Source: an uncultured Planctomycetia bacterium
GTDB lineage: Bacteria; Omnitrophota; Gorgyraeia; CAYVEO01
Direction of reading: 5' to 3'
NCBI GenBank assembly: GCA_964449965.1
Contig: CAYVEO010000006.1
Span: forward strand, 308-64,307
Length of the DNA stretch: 64,000 bases
Positions 45,482 to 54,682 of this stretch are shown here, one piece after another. The notes under the pieces are model-generated. The model searched no databases. It had not been told where the DNA came from and saw only the letters and a program-made list of their open reading frames with translations. Positions within the stretch are counted from its first letter, which is position 1. Each line of letters opens with the position of its first letter. Both the position numbers and the translations under genes were made by a program.

Positions 45482-48421
45482 ATGAAAACGATTGAAACCA
45501 AAGAGAAGAAAGAGTTATTGAACAAAGAGATTGACAGACGGACATTCATAAAGGTTGGAGGCGCCACTGCTGCAGGAATAACTGCCTTTTCTAAATTCTT
45601 TACGGTCCGGAATTCAGAGGCAGCAACAGGAGAAAACGCCCCTGATACAGTCTCAGGGAGTAACGTTAAATTCAGGTTAAGTGTATGCCAGAATTGCCAC
45701 TCCCGCTGCGGAATTATGGGTAAGGTGGTAGATGGAACGTTAGTCAAGATAGACGGGAATCCATATCACCCAAACAATATGGAAGAGGACGAACGTCTTA
45801 CATTTGCTACGGCTGTAGCGACTGCAGAGGCTACACCGGGGCGGCTATGCCCCAAAGGGCATTCCGGGGTTCAGGTGCTTTATGACCCCTACAGGATTAA
45901 ACATCCACTAAAACGTGTTGGTAACCGCGGCTCTGGCAGATGGGAGGTTATATCATGGGCAACCGCCTTCAGTGAAATTGCCAGCCAGATAAGTAGTCTG
46001 ATTCCAACATCCACGAGACTGACTACCTATATAAATTCAAGTGTTCCGGAACTTGGACCTATTGCCAACCAGTTGATGTTTGCGCCGGGGCGTTCTACAG
46101 ATGGTGAGATTATTGAACGCATATTCAAGAATACGTACGGGACAACGAACTATCGTTTAGACCACACGAGTATCTGTGAGGTGAGTCACCACGTAGCAAA
46201 CGAACTTATGACATGGAATGAATCTACAAACAGCGGAAGAAAGAACCACTTCAAACCCGATTTAATCAGTGCAGAGTTCATTATACTCTTCGGCGCCAAT
46301 TATGCTGAAGCGAATTTCCCTATGTTAGCATTAGGGCGTAAACTCGCCGAATTTATAAAAGGTGGTGGGAAGTTAGCAGTAGTTGACCCTCGGTTTTCAA
46401 ATTCTGCCGCGAAGGCAGACTGGTGGGTTGCTGCAAAACCCGGAACAGATGCCGCAGTGGCATTAGGCATGGCTCACTATATTATTTCAAATTCACTCTA
46501 TAATTCTACGTATTTGACAAATGCCAACTCAGCGGCTGCAACGGCAGATAGCGAAAAGACATGGACTGATGCCGTACGTCTGGTAATTACAGCCAAATCT
46601 TCTGGCGCTCCCTCAAGTATTACGGTAGGGAAGTATCTTAGATGGGGTGATATTTATCCTGTTACTGCGGCAGGAAATACAAATAAAGTTGCATGGTCAA
46701 GCAGCACACCTGTTGAGATTGGAACATCTGCTGTTGAAGGAACGCTATTGCCTGGAGAAAAAACAATCACAATTGAAGGGACAAGTGAGACTGTTACAGT
46801 CAAAACAGTCTTTGAACTTCTTAAGGAAAAGATAGTAACAGGTAAGACAGTCGCATACTACGCTAATATCGCAGGCGTCAGCGAAACCACGCTGACAACG
46901 CTGGCTACTGAATTTACCTCTCATGGAAAGAAGTCCGTCGCTAATGCTTACCGTGGGACAGTCCAGCATACCAACGGTGTGTATAGCCAGATGTCAGTTA
47001 TGTTATTAAATACACTCATTGGAAATTATGACTGGAAAGGTGGAAATGCGGTAGGCGGTGGAGGCTATTCGTATGATTCTGGAATGAAGGGAACAGGAAT
47101 GAGTGGTATCCCAACTGGTCCAAGGATTGACAGGACAAAGGTTTCAACTACATTTTATAACACGCTCGTTACTAACTATCCGACTATCTACTCTTATCCT
47201 GCACAGCGTCCATGGTTCCCTTATGGTACGCACGGTAACTTTCAAGAGGTAATTCCGAGTATTGCAGAAGGTTACCCATATCCATGTAAGGTTCTTATTA
47301 CCTACTGGAACGCATGGCCATATTCTACGCCTGCATTAAGACAGGTTTTTGAAGCGACAGTTGCGGATACTAATAAGGTTCCTCTCTTTGTTGCAATAAG
47401 TCCTGATATGGGTGAAGTTGCTTCATGGGCAGATTATATCCTGCCTGATACGACCTATCTTGAAAAGTGGTCATTTCCAGGCATGACTCCCACAATACTT
47501 ACAAAAGCAACGTCTTTCAGGCAGCCATTGGTTGGTACTTACGATGGAAATGCATGGGATGCAGATTTCAACCCGAGTGCAACAAATGCCTACACGCCTG
47601 TTTATCCTGATACAAAGATGTTTGAAGATATACTAATCGGATTGATGAATGCACTCAGTTTAACAACAGACCTCAGTGGTAGCGCACTTCCTACAAGGGC
47701 ATGGGCGCATGTGTCAACTGGCGTAAATAACCTTGCTACATCAAGCAGTAAGACTGCGGCAGATATCGTAGCCAAAGGCGGCGCATTTGAGGACCCTGGT
47801 AATTCATACAACGGAGATTACTTGAAATCTACCTATGGCAACGAAATCAAAATTTATATTGAACAACTCCTCACTCAAATAGACAGTATGGGAGACGGGA
47901 GTGCAAAGTTTGACCCTATGCCTCATTATGAGACTATAAAAGATATAGTGGGAAATGAAGTGAGCGTTAGTTCCAGTTATCCCTACCAACTTGTCACGTA
48001 TAAACCTGTTCTTCATGCCCAGGCACGTACCCAGGCATTGCCATGGCTCACAGTATGGCAGCCGGAGAATTTTATTGAAATCAATACTCAGGATGCAGCA
48101 ACGCTCGGGATAGAGACTTATGACCAGGTGCGTGTTTCTTCTCCAAGTTATACAAGTGGGGTAATTGGACGAGCCAAGGTAACAGAGGCACTAAGACCTG
48201 GAGTAGTTGCAATTTCACATTCATTCGGACATTGGCAGTTGGGTTCAAGTCCATGGTATGAAGACAGCGTTATTCAATCATCTGATTCCACCCGGACTCT
48301 CGGTGTCCAGCCAACTGTCCTCATGCAACTTGACCCGTATTTAGGGGATGTGACCCTTCAGGACAAGATTGGCTGCAGTGCATCGTTTTATGATACGTGG
48401 GTAAAGATAGAGAAGGTATAA
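45482..48421 (+). CDS. Tat-exported molybdopterin oxidoreductase catalytic subunit (DMSO reductase family, Cys-ligand Psr/Ttr/Arr-like type)
   Basis: GGAGGG RBS. Twin-arginine motif DRRTFIKVGGATAAG. N-terminal 4Fe-4S motif CQNCHSRCGIMGKV...CPKGH. Candidate Mo ligand in DHTSICEVSH. MopB-type segments (DWWVAAKPGTDAAVALGMAHYII). Confidence 0.85.
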   Translation: MKTIETKEKKELLNKEIDRRTFIKVGGATAAGITAFSKFFTVRNSEAATGENAPDTVSGSNVKFRLSVCQNCHSRCGIMGKVVDGTLVKIDGNPYHPNNMEEDERLTFATAVATAEATPGRLCPKGHSGVQVLYDPYRIKHPLKRVGNRGSGRWEVISWATAFSEIASQISSLIPTSTRLTTYINSSVPELGPIANQLMFAPGRSTDGEIIERIFKNTYGTTNYRLDHTSICEVSHHVANELMTWNESTNSGRKNHFKPDLISAEFIILFGANYAEANFPMLALGRKLAEFIKGGGKLAVVDPRFSNSAAKADWWVAAKPGTDAAVALGMAHYIISNSLYNSTYLTNANSAAATADSEKTWTDAVRLVITAKSSGAPSSITVGKYLRWGDIYPVTAAGNTNKVAWSSSTPVEIGTSAVEGTLLPGEKTITIEGTSETVTVKTVFELLKEKIVTGKTVAYYANIAGVSETTLTTLATEFTSHGKKSVANAYRGTVQHTNGVYSQMSVMLLNTLIGNYDWKGGNAVGGGGYSYDSGMKGTGMSGIPTGPRIDRTKVSTTFYNTLVTNYPTIYSYPAQRPWFPYGTHGNFQEVIPSIAEGYPYPCKVLITYWNAWPYSTPALRQVFEATVADTNKVPLFVAISPDMGEVASWADYILPDTTYLEKWSFPGMTPTILTKATSFRQPLVGTYDGNAWDADFNPSATNAYTPVYPDTKMFEDILIGLMNALSLTTDLSGSALPTRAWAHVSTGVNNLATSSSKTAADIVAKGGAFEDPGNSYNGDYLKSTYGNEIKIYIEQLLTQIDSMGDGSAKFDPMPHYETIKDIVGNEVSVSSSYPYQLVTYKPVLHAQARTQALPWLTVWQPENFIEINTQDAATLGIETYDQVRVSSPSYTSGVIGRAKVTEALRPGVVAISHSFGHWQLGSSPWYEDSVIQSSDSTRTLGVQPTVLMQLDPYLGDVTLQDKIGCSASFYDTWVKIEKV

Positions 48422-48437
48422 AAGGGAGGATTGAAAT

Positions 48438-49001
48438 ATGGCTCAACTCGGATGGAGTATAGATTTGAAAAAATGTATAGGCTGTCATGCTTGTGCTGTT
48501 GCTTGTAAGGCAGAGATGAATACTGCACCACAGACCTCGCCACTTGAGGTTGATGATGTTACTGCAGAGGCAGTAAACTACAGGCGGGTGTCATATTTAG
48601 AAAGCGGTTCTTACCCTGATGTAGCACGCACGTTCGTAACTATGTCATGCCAGCACTGTTATTATCCGTCTTGCATGAAGGCGTGTCCTGTGGGTGCAAT
48701 TACTAAACGCGCCTCTGACGGCATAGTGCTCATAGACTATGATAAATGTATAGGATGTAAGTATTGTATCTGGGCATGCCCTTATGGCGCTCCGCAGTTT
48801 AATGAGACAACTAAGAAGGTGGAAAAATGCACTTTCTGTTCCCACCGTATAGATGCAGGTTTAAAACCGGCGTGCGTTACGACATGTGCAGGGCGTGCAC
48901 TGAACTACGAGACATTTACCCAGTCAAACAGCGGGCAGAACGCACCTTCAGGATTCGCCGACCCGGACCTTACGACACCTGCGGTTCGTTTCAGCACATA
49001 A
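48438..49001 (+). CDS. four-cluster 4Fe-4S electron-transfer subunit (PsrB/DmsB/ArrB-like)
   Basis: CIGCHACAVAC, CQHCYYPSCMKACP, CIGCKYCIWACP and CTFCSHR...CVTTCAGRA ferredoxin motifs. Confidence 0.85.
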   Translation: MAQLGWSIDLKKCIGCHACAVACKAEMNTAPQTSPLEVDDVTAEAVNYRRVSYLESGSYPDVARTFVTMSCQHCYYPSCMKACPVGAITKRASDGIVLIDYDKCIGCKYCIWACPYGAPQFNETTKKVEKCTFCSHRIDAGLKPACVTTCAGRALNYETFTQSNSGQNAPSGFADPDLTTPAVRFST

Positions 49002-49017
49002 ATGAATTACGTATAAA

Positions 49018-49040
49018 GTAGGACAGGCGTCCCGCCTGTC
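49018..49040. repeat. perfect palindromic hairpin GTAGGACAGGCGTCCCGCCTGTC after the FeS-subunit stop (terminator-like); copy of the 27261-27283 element
   Basis: GACAGGCG/CGCCTGTC is an exact reverse complement. The same 23-nt motif (2 mismatches) occurs downstream of the 24797 gene. Confidence 0.5.
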
Positions 49041-49064
49041 TATTGAATAAAGTGAGCCTAATTT

Positions 49065-49718
49065 ATGAGAGTTGAGTCTGGAATATCTTCTAACGCAGTT
49101 GCAGTCTGGCGCAGGGATGTATATGGGATTTTATCTTTTCTTTACCACCGTCAGCCTACAGATGAAGACCTGGACAGAATTTTAAGTCTTTCAAAATTTC
49201 AGGACGGAACTCCGCGTGTTTGCAACTTGTTAGGATGCTGTGCCCAGTGGGCAAAAGAAGAAAATTCCCGGGATATACGCCAGGATTTTAATGACCTCTT
49301 TATGGTGCCTGCCAGCCATTATGTAACGCCTTATGAATCAGTCTATACTGACACCTCAGTAGATGCTAAAGGACGTCCGGCTCATCTGACATTTGGTCCC
49401 TCAACACGAAAAGTTCAGGAATTTTATAAGAAGATAGGTTTACAGATATCTACAGATTACACTGAATTACCTGACTATATCGGCCTGGAGTTAGCATGTA
49501 TGGAATACCTGTGTTCAAGAGAATCAGAATTAGACTCTGGCAGTAAGGAGATACATAATGTCCGTTGTTATCAAAAACAATTTTTAACTGAACACATGAT
49601 TTGCTGGGTTTCTCATCTTTGTAAGAGAATAAAAAATAACGCACAAACCAGGTTCTACCGGGACCTGGCAGAGGCTACTGAGGAGTTTGTCATACACGAT
49701 GAACATAGATTCGGTTGA
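49065..49718 (+). CDS. TorD/DmsD-family redox enzyme maturation chaperone
   Basis: LDRILSL...FNDLFMVP...PYESVYTD...ELPDYIGLELACMEYL matches the TorD-like chaperone family that accompanies MopB enzymes. Confidence 0.6.
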   Translation: MRVESGISSNAVAVWRRDVYGILSFLYHRQPTDEDLDRILSLSKFQDGTPRVCNLLGCCAQWAKEENSRDIRQDFNDLFMVPASHYVTPYESVYTDTSVDAKGRPAHLTFGPSTRKVQEFYKKIGLQISTDYTELPDYIGLELACMEYLCSRESELDSGSKEIHNVRCYQKQFLTEHMICWVSHLCKRIKNNAQTRFYRDLAEATEEFVIHDEHRFG

Positions 49719-50754
49719 TAAATATTTTAATAACCAGACACTTGCTTTTGAGCCGAGACTCTGCCCTTCAGTCCGCAGCCCTAAGTCTATCTGCTACCTA
49801 TGTGTTGATAACTGTCCCTCTAAATCATTGACTTTGAAAAACCATGAGTTAGTTATTGGTGAAACCTGTCAATCTTGCGGTATATGCACATCTCTATGCC
49901 CTACAGGTGCTCTGGAATTAAAGAAGGGAAAAGAGAGTAAGGTAATTAATAGAGTAAAGACCTATTTAGATGAACAACCGGCAAAAATCGTCCGTTTCAA
50001 ATGCCATAAAGATATTAAATATGAAGATGCTGTTATTTTACCCTGTGTATATAGCCTAACCGAGAATATATTTTTAGCAGCATTCTTATATGGTGCAAAA
50101 CATCTGGAACTTAAACTTTCAAATTGTTCTAATTGTCCATCAGGTCCATCGGATTTTTCACTGAGAAAAAGTATTGCAACTGCACAATCTATACTTAACT
50201 GGCTCGGCGTTCCTAACGTAGAAATAAAAACTGTAACTAATTTTAGCGTTTGTGAGTCTGTCACTGAAAAGGGTTTCTCACCCGGTCGCCGTAATTTTCT
50301 GGCGGACATTAGAGAAGAGATGGGACACGTGATAAGCGCTGTCTTACCTCAATCCAGTGATAATTTTCATCCTCCAGGACCAAAGAGAGAACGCCTGTTA
50401 AACATTTTAAGGAAGATAACGGAAAGAATTGGACAGGATAACCATACAATCAATTACGAAGAAAATTTACCATTCACTATGGTAGATATAGATGATAATT
50501 GTCTGGGATGCAATGTCTGTTCAACCTTATGTCCTACATCTGCCTTACAAAGGACTGTAGACAAGGGCTCAGTCAGCATTAAATTCCTTACTCGTTTTTG
50601 TGTTAAGTGCGGATTATGCCATGAGGTTTGTCTACCTAAGGCTATTAAACCGAGCAAGACCCTTCCTCCTCGGACATCGATGACGTCTGATTACCATGAA
50701 TTAATCAGACTGGAAAAAGAGAAAGAGTTTTCAGTTAGACCAAAAAATGTTTGA
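49687..50754 (+). CDS. multi-cluster ferredoxin-like FeS protein (additional FeS subunit)
   Basis: CYLCVDNCP, CQSCGICTSLCP, CLGCNVCSTLCP and CVKCGLCHEVC ferredoxin motifs. No TM helices detected. Confidence 0.6.
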   Translation: MSYTMNIDSVDKYFNNQTLAFEPRLCPSVRSPKSICYLCVDNCPSKSLTLKNHELVIGETCQSCGICTSLCPTGALELKKGKESKVINRVKTYLDEQPAKIVRFKCHKDIKYEDAVILPCVYSLTENIFLAAFLYGAKHLELKLSNCSNCPSGPSDFSLRKSIATAQSILNWLGVPNVEIKTVTNFSVCESVTEKGFSPGRRNFLADIREEMGHVISAVLPQSSDNFHPPGPKRERLLNILRKITERIGQDNHTINYEENLPFTMVDIDDNCLGCNVCSTLCPTSALQRTVDKGSVSIKFLTRFCVKCGLCHEVCLPKAIKPSKTLPPRTSMTSDYHELIRLEKEKEFSVRPKNV

Positions 50755-50780
50755 CAATGGTTATTGACCTATGATATAAT
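50751..50780 (+). promoter_or_regulatory. near-consensus sigma-70 promoter (TTGACA, 18 nt, TATAAT) upstream of the moaA leader
   Basis: TTGACA at 50751-50756 overlaps the stop codon of the upstream gene. TATAAT at 50775-50780. Confidence 0.5.
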
Positions 50781-50794
50781 TATTTTAACATAAT

Positions 50795-50955
50795 TAAGAA
50801 TTTCTCCGAGCTGTTGTGCCTACGGGGTGGTAACTATGGCACCTCAGCCGATTCGGGTAGAGGACGAAAGGACTCTGCCTCCTCGTGTTTGGAAAGGAGA
50901 CGACCAATATAAAGGCTTCCTTATGCACCGATACGAGGAAGCCTTTTTTATTATT
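50795..50955 (+). ncRNA. candidate molybdenum-cofactor (Moco) riboswitch with intrinsic-terminator expression platform
   Basis: Structured leader upstream of moaA containing CCGAGC, CCGATTCGGGTAGAGGACGAAAGGA and GCCUCC...GGAAAGGAG elements that I recall from the Moco RNA motif. It is followed by a GGCTTCCT-N13-AGGAAGCC hairpin plus a T-run (50913-50950). Confidence 0.4.
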
Positions 50956-51942
50956 ATGAGAGACCGTTATAATCGCCAGATAGATACGTTGAGGATTTCA
51001 GTAACTGACAGGTGTAACCTGAGGTGCACCTATTGTATGCCTGAAAAGGGTGTTATTGCAAAGGACCCTGATGAGATACTCAGTTTTGAAGAGATAGAAA
51101 AGGTAGTTCGAATAGTCGCTACACTCGGCATTACTAAAATAAAGATAACCGGCGGGGAGCCATTAGCAAGGAAGGGTATTGCTCATCTTATAGAAATGTT
51201 ATCAGGAGTTAAAGGAATTAATGACATATCCATGACCAGTAATGGTATTTCCCTTGCAAAATTTGTTAGGGATTTAAAGGATTCAGGACTCAACAGGGTT
51301 AATATTAGTTTAGATAGTCTGAATAAGGATAGATTTACCTCTATAACACGCGGGGGAGATATAAGGTATGTCTGGCAGGGTATTGAAGAGGCAATTAAGG
51401 CAGGGCTTGAGCCTGTTAAAATAAACGTGGTCATGATAAAGGGTTTTAACGATGATGAAATTGTAGATTTTGCAGGATTGACTTATAATATGCATATCCA
51501 TATAAGGTTCATAGAATTTATGCCAATGTTAAATGGTCTATTATGGGATGAGGAAAAGTTTATATCCAATGAGGACGTTAAAAAGCAGTGCGAGACATTA
51601 GGAGAACTTTTCCAGGCTGGTAAAATTCCTGGTAGCGGCCCTGCAGTCTATTATCGCCTGAAAGGTGCCAGGGGTAGCATCGGGTTTATCAGTCCTCTAT
51701 CTAATAGTTTCTGCACCAATTGTAATCGGTTGAGACTGACCTCAGATGGTAATTTGAGGTTATGCTTACACCATGAAGATAGTCTAAACTTAAAAGAGAT
51801 GTTTCGCAAAGGGTTTAGAGATGAGGAAATTAGTAAAGCAATAGAAGTGGCAATGAATACCAAGCCAAAAGGACACAATCTATGCAGTCCAACAGGTGCA
51901 TTCCATTATTCAAATGGTGCGATGTCATCCATAGGCGGGTAA
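50956..51942 (+). CDS. moaA: GTP 3',8-cyclase MoaA (molybdenum cofactor biosynthesis, radical SAM)
   Basis: LRISVTDRCNLRCTYCMPEKG (CX3CX2C) N-terminal cluster and the C-terminal second cluster region (CTNCNRLRLTSDGNLRLCL). The ORF track starts at 50827. M33 (50923) and M44 (50956) are the plausible starts. Confidence 0.85.
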   Translation: MRDRYNRQIDTLRISVTDRCNLRCTYCMPEKGVIAKDPDEILSFEEIEKVVRIVATLGITKIKITGGEPLARKGIAHLIEMLSGVKGINDISMTSNGISLAKFVRDLKDSGLNRVNISLDSLNKDRFTSITRGGDIRYVWQGIEEAIKAGLEPVKINVVMIKGFNDDEIVDFAGLTYNMHIHIRFIEFMPMLNGLLWDEEKFISNEDVKKQCETLGELFQAGKIPGSGPAVYYRLKGARGSIGFISPLSNSFCTNCNRLRLTSDGNLRLCLHHEDSLNLKEMFRKGFRDEEISKAIEVAMNTKPKGHNLCSPTGAFHYSNGAMSSIGG

Positions 51943-53117
51943 AATATTACAGATTTGATAGAACAGAACTCGCTGGTTCATTCGGGGACCTGGGGACTTT
52001 ACTGCCTCTTACGTTTGCCCTTGTTTCTATAAACGGGCTCAACCCTACTATCCTGTTTTTATTGGTAGGGATGTTTTATATATTTGCAGGGTTATATTAT
52101 CGGCTCCCCATATCTGTCCAGCCATTGAAATTGGTAGCCATCCTTGCTATATCACTGAAACTCATCCCTTCAGTAATTGCAGCATCCGGGATATTGATAG
52201 GTCTTATCCTCCTTTTCCTTGTATCTACTGGATTGATTGATAAACTCTCTAAATTATTCTGTAAATCCACTCTAAGAGGAGTCCAGTTAGGGGTAGGGCT
52301 TTTATTAATTGTAAAAGGTGCAACACTCGTTATGTCTCATGAATTGTTTTTTGATAAAACCAATTTTTCTACTGCGGCACAAGGCATGTCTGGATTCATA
52401 GGTTTAGGTATTGCATTTCTAACAATATCCCTAATTTTTCTGCTGAGAAAAAAAGACAGGTTTCCTGTTGCCTTAATAGCAGTATGTATGGGAATTATAT
52501 GTGGTCTTGTTTTGAAGGCAAAATACTCTCTGACTATCCCATCCCCATCTAATTTTAATCCTCTTCTCATCAGCCTTCCATCTCAGAAAGATTTCCTTGA
52601 TGCGTTGATACTCTTGGTAATTCCCCAGATTCCGATTACCCTTGGGAATGCAGGTTATGCAGCCAGTGACCTTGCAAAGAGATATTATGGTGAAAGGGCG
52701 TCCCGTGTTACTCCACGGAAACTTTCCGCCAGCATGGGGCTATTCAATATAATATCAGGACTCTGCGGCAGTATGCCTGTATGCCACGGTTCAGGAGGAA
52801 TTGCTGCCCATTACAGGTTCGGGGCACGGACAGGCGGGGCAAATATTATGTTAGGGGCAATATTTCTTGCAATAGCCCTGATATTCAAGGATTCGGTAAG
52901 TTACGTAATAACCCTGATTCCTGTGCCTGTGTTAGGGGTTCTGCTTTTCTTTGCAGGGATAGAGATGCTGAAATTAATCCTTGACCTTGATGGCAAGAAG
53001 GAATATTGCATAGCCATAAGTATAGCAGGCATTGCCCTCTTAACCAGTAATCTGACATTAGCCATAGCATGTGGAATCTTTACGAAGTTCATCTTGAACC
53101 GCATTTCATGGATGTAA
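51882..53117 (+). CDS. MOT1-type (SulP-related) molybdate transporter
   Basis: ELAGSFGDLGTLLPLTFALVSINGLNPTILFLLVGMFYIFAGLYYRLPISVQPLKLVAILAIS closely parallels the ELSGAVGDLGT...P.PVQPMK signature of MOT1 molybdate transporters. About 10 TM helices. Confidence 0.6.
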   Translation: MQSNRCIPLFKWCDVIHRRVKYYRFDRTELAGSFGDLGTLLPLTFALVSINGLNPTILFLLVGMFYIFAGLYYRLPISVQPLKLVAILAISLKLIPSVIAASGILIGLILLFLVSTGLIDKLSKLFCKSTLRGVQLGVGLLLIVKGATLVMSHELFFDKTNFSTAAQGMSGFIGLGIAFLTISLIFLLRKKDRFPVALIAVCMGIICGLVLKAKYSLTIPSPSNFNPLLISLPSQKDFLDALILLVIPQIPITLGNAGYAASDLAKRYYGERASRVTPRKLSASMGLFNIISGLCGSMPVCHGSGGIAAHYRFGARTGGANIMLGAIFLAIALIFKDSVSYVITLIPVPVLGVLLFFAGIEMLKLILDLDGKKEYCIAISIAGIALLTSNLTLAIACGIFTKFILNRISWM

Positions 53118-53119
53118 GT

Positions 53120-54160
53120 TCAAAAATACCTTTTTCTGAATTTTAATGCTACATTCACAAGACTTATTAAAACAGGCACCTCTACCAATGGTCCGATTAC
53201 CGCAGCAAATGCTGCCCTTGAGTTTATTCCAAAAACTGCGACTGCAACCGCAATCGCAAGTTCAAAATTGTTGCTGGCAGCTGTAAAAGAAAGCGTTGCT
53301 GTCTTTGCATAGTCCGCACCGAATTTCTTACCCATGAAAAACGAGAGCAGGAACATTACTACAAAATAAATTAAGAGAGGTATTGCTATTCTCGCTACAT
53401 CAAGAGGTATTTTTACAATGTATTCTCCTTTTAATGAAAACATGACAAGGATTGTGAATAAAAGTGCTATAAGTGTTATCGGGCTTATAGTTGGAATAAA
53501 TTTTTTATCGTACCACTCTTTGGTTTTTATTTTTACAAGCGTGAAACGGGTTATTATTCCCGCAAGAAAAGGAATGCCGAGATAAACAAATACGCTCATG
53601 GCAATTTGCCTGATAGTGATATCTACAACGGTACCTTTTAATCCGAACCAGCCCGGTAAAACTGTAATAAAAACCCATGCATACACAGAATAAAACAAAA
53701 CCTGAAAGATAGAATTAAAAGCGACCAGTCCGGCACAGTACTCTGTATCGCCGCCGGCGAGTTCGTTCCAGACAATCACCATTGCAATGCACCGTGCGAG
53801 TCCAATCATAATCAAACCAACCATATATTCAGGATAATTCACGAGGAAGATAATTGCTAAGAAAAACATCAAAACCGGACCTATTAGCCAGTTCTGGACA
53901 AGCGAAAGTACGAGGACTTTGACATCACGGAAAACGTCTCCGAGTTCCTCGTATTTCACTTTTGCGAGCGGGGGGTACATCATCAGAATCAGACCTATTG
54001 CTATGGGAATGTTTGTAGTTCCAACCTGAAATGTGTTCCAGAAACCAACAATCCCGGGATAGAAATATCCACCCAGGACGCCTGCTGCCATTGCCAGAAA
54101 AATCCACAAGGTTAAGAATCTGTCTAAAAAAGAGAGTCTTTTTACAATACCTTCTGCCAT
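53120..54160 (-). CDS. acr3: arsenite efflux permease, ACR3 family
   Basis: [25 protein letters not shown]...[30 protein letters not shown] is the conserved ACR3 N-terminal region. 10 TM helices. Confidence 0.9.
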   Translation of the reverse strand: MAEGIVKRLSFLDRFLTLWIFLAMAAGVLGGYFYPGIVGFWNTFQVGTTNIPIAIGLILMMYPPLAKVKYEELGDVFRDVKVLVLSLVQNWLIGPVLMFFLAIIFLVNYPEYMVGLIMIGLARCIAMVIVWNELAGGDTEYCAGLVAFNSIFQVLFYSVYAWVFITVLPGWFGLKGTVVDITIRQIAMSVFVYLGIPFLAGIITRFTLVKIKTKEWYDKKFIPTISPITLIALLFTILVMFSLKGEYIVKIPLDVARIAIPLLIYFVVMFLLSFFMGKKFGADYAKTATLSFTAASNNFELAIAVAVAVFGINSRAAFAAVIGPLVEVPVLISLVNVALKFRKRYF

Positions 54161-54166
54161 TTTATA

Positions 54167-54523
54167 TTACTTTCCCGAACATAATTTTTCTAACGGCTGA
54201 GCAAGACACTTTTTCATACTGGTTAAGTCTTTTCTAAATAAATCGTACCTTTTTGTGAAGTATTCTCTCAAATATTTATGGATGGATTTTTCAAGTTCAT
54301 TCCTGGGTTTAGATAAGGAATAGAATATCCATAAGCCTTTTCGCCTGTCCTGCACAAGCCCTGCATTCTTCAGTACGGTCAGATGGCGCGATACCATTGC
54401 CTGCGAAAACCCTAAAACCCATTGAATCTGGCAGACACAAAGTTCTTTCCTTGATAATAAAACCGTTATGCGAAGCCGTGTTTCATCAGACAATGCCTTA
54501 AATAAATTCAATTCTTCTTTCAT
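54167..54523 (-). CDS. arsR: ArsR/SmtB-family metalloregulator
   Basis: FKALSDETRLRITVLLSRKELCVCQIQWVLGFSQAMVSRHLTVLKNAGLV contains the ELCVC metal-binding motif and the winged HTH of ArsR. Directly upstream of acr3 on the same strand. Confidence 0.85.
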   Translation of the reverse strand: MKEELNLFKALSDETRLRITVLLSRKELCVCQIQWVLGFSQAMVSRHLTVLKNAGLVQDRRKGLWIFYSLSKPRNELEKSIHKYLREYFTKRYDLFRKDLTSMKKCLAQPLEKLCSGK

Positions 54524-54682
54524 TAGCTGCCTCCAATATATAACTATAAGCGATTATACATATATAGTAACATATATTTAATTTTTGTCAAGGTTTTTTA
54601 ATTATACGATATTTCTTCTTGACTTATTATTTTATCATGTTATAATAACCTTACTAAAATTACATATAATAATGGTTGGAAT

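Noticed and set aside
50827-50955. N-terminal 43-aa extension of MoaA from the ATG at 50827
   Set aside because: The extension has no counterpart in MoaA proteins (which begin about 10 residues before LRISVTDRCN). It also overlaps the structured leader and terminator hairpin. It is more likely non-coding leader RNA.
54524-54682. AT-rich dyads (ACATATATAGTAACATATAT) in the arsR / AAA-ATPase divergent intergenic region as a possible ArsR operator
   Set aside because: The region is low-complexity AT-rich sequence. Many imperfect palindromes arise by chance, and I cannot single out an ArsR site without a comparative alignment.
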